Below, piece after piece: positions 56,178 to 64,000 of a stretch of 64,000 nt of DNA; the first letter of the stretch is position 1; every line of letters starts with the position of its first letter. The stretch lies in contig JBBILD010000007.1 of assembly GCA_037445065.1 (NCBI GenBank), forward strand, positions 64,001-128,000, given 5' to 3'. The notes under the pieces were generated by a model. The model did not search any database. It saw only the letters and a program-made list of their open reading frames with translations, and was not told where the DNA came from. The translations under genes and the position numbers were made by a program. The DNA is from Myxococcales bacterium (lineage in GTDB: Bacteria > Desulfobacterota > Binatia > HRBIN30).

Positions 56178-57272
56178 GTCGGGCGTCGGTCTGGGCGGCT
56201 GCCAGCTCCCCGGCTCTGTTGTACGCAGAGCGGCGCTGGCGTCGTACAATTCCCTGAGCAGGGCAACGCTTGGCCGCCGCTCGCCACTTGCGATCTGCCA
56301 CACCCAGTCCACCACCAAACGATTGAGCGGCGCTGGTACACCGAGGCGTTCTCCGTGCGAGACCACTTCGCCATTCAAGAAGTCCACGGCCGGAGGCCGG
56401 CCGCGCTCGATCGCCGCCAGCATCGAGGAGCGGAGCCGGCGAAAGCGTGCACCTACGGCCAATAGGAGAGCATGTTTGGCGAACAGGGAGGGAGAACCGA
56501 GTTGGAAGCGCTCGCGCGGATCGAGTGCGACCCAGTCGAGGTCAATCGTCCCCGCGACTTTCTCGAGGCGAACCCCGCTGGCTCGCGCTACTTCGACCGC
56601 CTCGGTCATGACCTCGAGACCGAGCCGGCGTGCGAAACGGTAGCGAAGCAAAACCCCCAGGCGTTCTCCCCCAATGGTTCCAAGCGAGCTGATGGCGCAG
56701 TTGATGGCGAGCTTACTCCAGCGGGCGCCCAGCAAATTGGTGGTGCGGGCTACCGGACCCACCGTTTGTAAAACGGTCGCTACCCAGTCGAGCCACCGGT
56801 TGGGGGTCGCGTCAACCGTGCCAATCGTGAAGCCGCCCTTCGAAGTGCGCTCGTACACGCCGGGCGAAATCATGGACCCACCCCAAGCGACAATCGCCCC
56901 GATCACCCGCTCTTTCCCGGCCAGCGACGCGACCCGCAGCTCGCACAATCCATTTTGGAAGCACACGAATGTTCCCTGCGGCGCGAGCAAGGGAAGCGCC
57001 GATTGCACGGCTTCCTCCACCTGGGGTGGTTGCATGGCAAGCAGGATCACGTCGTAGGTCCGCCCCCGCTCCGGGAGGTTCACCTCGGCATGTGCGGGAA
57101 CGTGGATCACTCGCTCGCCGTCGCGTAGCTCGATGCCGTGCCGGCAGAGCGCAGAAGCAATGGCTTTATTGTGGGTGACGATTTCTACGGCCACGCCGCG
57201 GGCGCGCAAGTGGGCGGCAAGCACGCCGCCTACACCGCCGCAGCCGAGAAGCAGCATTCGTGGCTGGCTCAC
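56148..57272 (-). CDS. panE: Ketopantoate reductase family protein
   Basis: 'GCGGVGG', 'FQNGL', 'WSKLAINC', 'SSMLAAIERGR...DFLNGEVV'. Confidence 0.82.
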   Translation of the reverse strand: MSQPRMLLLGCGGVGGVLAAHLRARGVAVEIVTHNKAIASALCRHGIELRDGERVIHVPAHAEVNLPERGRTYDVILLAMQPPQVEEAVQSALPLLAPQGTFVCFQNGLCELRVASLAGKERVIGAIVAWGGSMISPGVYERTSKGGFTIGTVDATPNRWLDWVATVLQTVGPVARTTNLLGARWSKLAINCAISSLGTIGGERLGVLLRYRFARRLGLEVMTEAVEVARASGVRLEKVAGTIDLDWVALDPRERFQLGSPSLFAKHALLLAVGARFRRLRSSMLAAIERGRPPAVDFLNGEVVSHGERLGVPAPLNRLVVDWVWQIASGERRPSVALLRELYDASAALRTTEPGSWQPPRPTPDSTEQDFRQL

Positions 57273-57457
57273 GATGGGTCTCCCTTCTCGTTGCCGATGA
57301 TGGCGGCAAGAGGTGTACAGGGCAAGTACTGGCGCGGCCGGACGCTTGCGTCGCGCGACCGTGCGTGCTCAGCTACTTGGCCGTGGCAGCGCAGGATCAA
57401 GCGGCTCAGGCCGCCGTCGCGGCCGTGGACAGGGCGTCACGAGCTGGTGCGAGTGCG

Positions 57458-58347
57458 ATGCAACCGGCTCGCGTGCGCCTTGCCGACCTGTTCCAACTCA
57501 TGCGCTGGACGCAGTGGAGCAAAAACGCGGTGCTCTTTGGCGCGCTGATTTTCTCCAAGCATTTGTTCCACTTGCCGAGCGTGTTTTGGGCAACCCTTGG
57601 TTTCCTCGCCTTTTGTGCCACCGCCAGCGGTGCCTACGTGTTCAACGACCTGCGCGATTGCGAGCGAGATCGCCAGCACCCGCTCAAGCGCAGCCGACCC
57701 CTGCCGGCGGGGCGGGTTTCGAAACGAGCGGCGGTGTGGCTCTGCGGTGGGCTCTTAGGGGTCGGGCTTACGGGAGCGTTCCTCCTCGGGGGAGAGTTCG
57801 GTCTGTTAGTGCTCCTCTATTTGCTCCTGCAGTTCGCATACACGTTTTTCCTCAAGGAGTTGGTGATCCTCGACGTCATGGCAATCGCTACTGGCTTCGC
57901 CATCCGCGCCGGGGCAGGTGGGGTGGTGATCGGCGTGCCGGTGTCTCCGTGGCTCATCATCTGCACGTTTTTGCTCATGCTGTTTCTCGGTTTCTCCAAG
58001 CGGCGGCACGAGTTGGTGCTGCTCGAAGAACAGGCTGAGCACCACCGAACGACCCTGCGTGAGTACAGCCCGTATTTTCTCGATCAGATGATCAGCGTGG
58101 TGACCGCCTCCACGGTGGTTGCGTACGCGATTTACACGGCGTCACCGGAAGTGCGCGAGAAGCTCGGGACCGACAAGCTGTACCTCACAATTCCGTTCGT
58201 GCTGTTCGGAATCTTCCGCTACCTATACCTCGTTCATCAGCGCGAGGAAGGCGGCAATCCGACGCAGTTGTTGTTGAACGATCGGCCGTTGTTGCTCGAC
58301 ATTTTCCTCTGGGTCATCGCCTGTGCGGCGATTTTGTACTTGCAGCC

Positions 58348-58351
<4 letters not shown>
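57458..58351 (+). CDS. UbiA-family polyprenyl-phosphate phosphoribosyltransferase (DPPR-synthase-like)
   Basis: 'MRWTQWSKN', 'YVFNDLRDCERDRQHPLKRSRPLPAG', 'KRRHEL', 'GIFRYLYLV', 'GGNPT'. Confidence 0.88.
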
Positions 58352-60683
<2,332 letters not shown>

Positions 60684-60691
<8 letters not shown>

Positions 60692-62435
60692 GCTGGTACG
60701 TCATCCGCACCGAAACCTGGTCCTTGTCGCGGAAAAATCCGACCTGCTGGAACTCCCCGCCAATGTGGAAGTAGGCCACGTCGAACAGTAGCCAATCGAA
60801 CATCCGATAGGTGAGGGTGGGATTGACCGCATAGGTCCCGCGCACATTGGCGATCAGCGTCAGACCCGGTGTGAGGCGGCCGTGTAGGTAGTCGGTCTGC
60901 AAGTGCGTTTGGGCAAAGAGTTCCACTTTTTTGAGTTGGACGAAATCGTCCGGACTCATGCCGCTCGTGCCAGGCTTTTGCTGGCCGTTGAAGCGGAAGT
61001 CTTTCTGGCTGGTTTCGTCGAGATTCCAGGAGCCAACGATCGCGTTGACCCAGGTAAACGAGTTTGCTGGGTTGAGCGCGCGCAAGAAGAAGAAGCGATC
61101 CACGCCCAGTTCCCAGCGTACGAAGTCTGCCTCCGGTACGGAACACGCCTGATTGTTGCAAGCTCGTAAAATCGAGAGGGGATCGATTCCACGCCGGATA
61201 CCGAGGTTGATTTCGGGGATAAACGCCGGCTCCTTGCGGAAGTAATTCGCCTGCATGCGAATGATGCTGTCAATGGGCTCGAGGAAAAAGGTGAGCCCGA
61301 GTCCGTATACCTCCACGAACTTGTTGTGGATCGTCTCAGTGACGAAGATCTGCGGTCCTTCCGTGGTCCGCTTGAGCCCTTGGCCGAGTGGCACCGGGGA
61401 ATTCGGGTAGGTGATGTAGTACCAAAAGCTCGCAGTCACCGACCTGGCGATCACGCTTTGGATCCGGGCTCCGTAACGACTCCGGTCGAATCGCTTTTTC
61501 GGGATATGGTCGAACAGCACGAACTGAACCGGAAGTGCCTCGAAGAGATCCCCTAACTGGTCCCGCAGCACCTCCTGGGGATCTTTGCCCGGTACCGAGT
61601 ACGGGCTGACCTCGCGCATGGGGAGAATGCCGGTGTCGACGTCGAGGTCACCCGGTACCCAGTAGGCTTCCACGAAGGCGCTGGAAAACGGGCCCCAAGT
61701 GTCGAAGAGGTTCCAGCTTGCGCGCGCTGTCCACAGCGGAATGCGCGCCTCGTCCACCTCCTGAAACAGCCCGGGCACCGCGAGGGTGAGATCGAAGGGG
61801 TTGTTTTGGTCCAACAGCGCCACGGTGTCCGACTCGCCCCAGGAGATTGCTTGCCGGCCGAGCCGCAAGAAAAACGGGCCTTTGCTGAAATTCAGGTAAA
61901 GCTCGTTGATGCGCCGCCGCGTACCGTAGATGTCGCGCGGGTTTTGCACCTCCACTCCTGGGAAGTACTCGGCCAAAGGAATCGCCTGGGTCACGTCGGC
62001 GCGGAACTCCGGCCCTTCCAGGATAAAGGCCCTCCGTCGCAACGGCTGCGGCCAGCCAGCGTTGACCTGCCGTGCCACCGTCCGAAATTGCGCCGGCCCG
62101 TAATCGTAGATGCCATCGTAAAAGCCCCACGCTGCAACCCGAAAGCTCAAGTCGTCTGGCTTAAAGATCCCCAGCCAGCTCGGCAGGTACGGGGTGAGCT
62201 TCCCCTCGAACTCGGGGTTGTAAAAGTTCCGATGCTCCACCATCTGGCCGAGCTTGGTGTTCGGGAAGGTCACTCCCTCCTCTGAGTTCTCCGTCCGGAT
62301 GGAAAAGCGGCTGTATGTCCGGAGCCGCAACTGGAAGTTCTGGCCCTCGTCAATGTACAGGGCCTGTACGGGTGCCGCCAGCAACCCGGCCACCGTAACC
62401 GCCTTCGCAACCCACACCGTCCACCGACCAAGCAT
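60684..62435 (-). CDS. DUF1302-like outer-membrane beta-barrel protein
   Basis: Signal peptide; 'INELYL...LRLGRQAISWGESD...D.NNPFD', 'EARIPLW'; terminal 'GFFRDKDQVSVRMTYQLN'; AGGAGG RBS. Confidence 0.78.
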
Positions 62436-63067
62436 CTGCTTCGTCCTCCTGTTCGAGTCGTCTGCCCCCTCAAACGAATGTTTGATCGGGGCGCCTGTCT
62501 TCCCCAAAAGGGCACCGTGGCCCGCTTTTACTTCCCGCCGAATCTGCGAGTCAAGCGGAAGATGCTGTGCGACTTGTCCGCGCCCGTTGCAGGAACGACG
62601 AGAGTGCCGACAGCGACTCGGGAAACGCTTGGACAGTGCTTGACTTGTGCCGCTGGCTCCTGCAAGCAAGCGGCTGATTTAAGCGACTGCTTGAACATGC
62701 TGGGATGCCAAGTTCGGGTGCGAGGGTTGCGAGTGGCAAGTTACAGGGGACGTGGGCTTGCCGGTGCGGGCCGCGGTTCCGCGCAGCGGGGCGCAATGCT
62801 GCGCGCGGTGCTCCGTCGAAGACCGTCTGGTGGTCCGGGTGCCTACCGGTGGCAGCGCGGCTCGCCGGGGACAGCGTTTAGACAAGTTGAACGCGAGGTA
62901 CGGGCACGAGCTTGCGAGGCGGCAACCATTTGCAGGTGGATGGGAGGGGGCCCGGTCCAGCAACTCGGGAACAAGAAGTGTTGGAGGAAGGCGCGTTTCT
63001 CGGGATCGGTTTTGGGAATGGTGCCAGTGCTCTGGCGAACGAGTCCGAGTAAAGGCAAGGAGGGCAC

Positions 63068-64000
63068 ATGACAAAGCGGACCCTAGCGCTGCGTAGAGTC
63101 GTGCAGCGGCGGCCGCGGGCGGTGGCCGAGCGGCGGCGGGCGAAGGCGGCACGAGCAGCCATTGACCCGGTGACAGCCGAAATCATCCGCGGCGCCATGG
63201 AGACGATTTGTTACGAGATGGCTACACACGTGAGCCTCACCGCCACCACCCCGATCCTCAACCAGTCGAACGAGCGTAATGCCACGATCCTCGACGCCCG
63301 CGGATCGCTCGCTGCGCTCAGTGTCGGGATTCCGCAGTTCATGTTGAGTTCCACCTTGCCGGTACGCTTTGCCTTGGAGTTTTTCGGTCCGGATGGATTG
63401 TACGATGGTGATGTGCTGGTGGCGAACGACCCCTACCATGGAGGGGGGCACTTGCCGGACTACAACGTGTTCGCCCCAGTGTTCCACCAGGGCGAGATGG
63501 TGCTGATCGCTTCCATTCAGTGCCACCACGCCGATACCGGCGGCGCCATGCCCGGCGGGTACAACGTGGACGCCCGCGATATCTGGGCCGAAGGAGTCCG
63601 CTTCCCGGCGGTCAAGGTGTACGAGCGCGGCCAGGAGCGGCGGGACGTGATTTACATGATGAAGGTCAATAACCGCACCCCCACGTTCTTGGGCGACCTG
63701 CGCGCGCAGATTGGCGCCGCGCAACTCGGGGTACGCCGGTTGAAGGAGGTATTGCAACGATACGGGACTAAAACGGTGCGCGCCGCTGTAGAGTACATGA
63801 TCGACTATGCAGCGCGCCGCTTTCGCGAAGAGGTCTCACGCTGGCCGGACGGAGTGTACGAGTCGGACGTGTACGTGGACCACGACCCGAAGGGCAACCC
63901 CGACATTCATATCCACTGCAAGGTCACCATTCAGGGCAGCGATCTCACCATTGACTTCACCGGTTCCGATATGCGCGACAATCTGCAAGCCTACTCCACC
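63068..64000 (+). CDS. Hydantoinase B/oxoprolinase family protein (truncated by window end)
   Basis: Manual translation from ATG 63068: 'IDPVTAEIIRGAM', 'GDVLVANDPYHGGGHLPD', 'HHADTGGAMPGG', 'GDLRAQ', 'IDFTGS'. Confidence 0.92.
   Translation, partial: MTKRTLALRRVVQRRPRAVAERRRAKAARAAIDPVTAEIIRGAMETICYEMATHVSLTATTPILNQSNERNATILDARGSLAALSVGIPQFMLSSTLPVRFALEFFGPDGLYDGDVLVANDPYHGGGHLPDYNVFAPVFHQGEMVLIASIQCHHADTGGAMPGGYNVDARDIWAEGVRFPAVKVYERGQERRDVIYMMKVNNRTPTFLGDLRAQIGAAQLGVRRLKEVLQRYGTKTVRAAVEYMIDYAARRFREEVSRWPDGVYESDVYVDHDPKGNPDIHIHCKVTIQGSDLTIDFTGSDMRDNLQAYST

Overview
High-GC bacterial chromosome segment. The gene content and a recurrent CxGDC-dockerin-like module suggest a Deltaproteobacteria-related lineage such as Candidatus Binatia (inference). 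No rRNA, tRNA, CRISPR array or intact mobile element was recognised. In order, the window holds: a MacB/FtsX-type ABC exporter with adaptor; a lipid/amide catabolic neighbourhood (APC permease, SCP2-type thiolase + DUF35, EamA, carboxylesterase, sphingosine-1-phosphate-lyase-like enzyme, PM20D1-like M20 hydrolase); an imuA-imuB-dnaE2 mutasome; GATase, TauD and SDR; a three-gene transhydrogenase (pntAA-pntAB-pntB); an MBL hydrolase and TetR; an ExbB-ExbD-vWA-TPR operon; ahpC with an OxyR-type site and a possibly Tat-exported FeSOD; a long cobalamin-riboswitch-controlled uptake locus (two beta-propeller proteins, a BtuH-like protein, BtuB, BtuF, BtuC, an inserted barrel, BtuD and two exported proteins); a CBS protein; a divergent EF-P; a D-aminoacylase; two M28 peptidases; an FG-GAP pseudogene; cnoX; panE; a UbiA-cupin-gmd-rmd glycan operon; a DUF1302 outer-membrane protein; and a truncated hydantoinase B. 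Best candidates for undescribed biology: (1) a proton-motor operon whose TonB/TolA slot is filled by an SxxxH-anchored vWA protein plus a large TPR protein; (2) a shared disulfide-bracketed dockerin-like module on four unrelated exported proteins; (3) a B12 capture system built from such surface proteins. All assignments rest on motif recognition by eye; no database searches were run.
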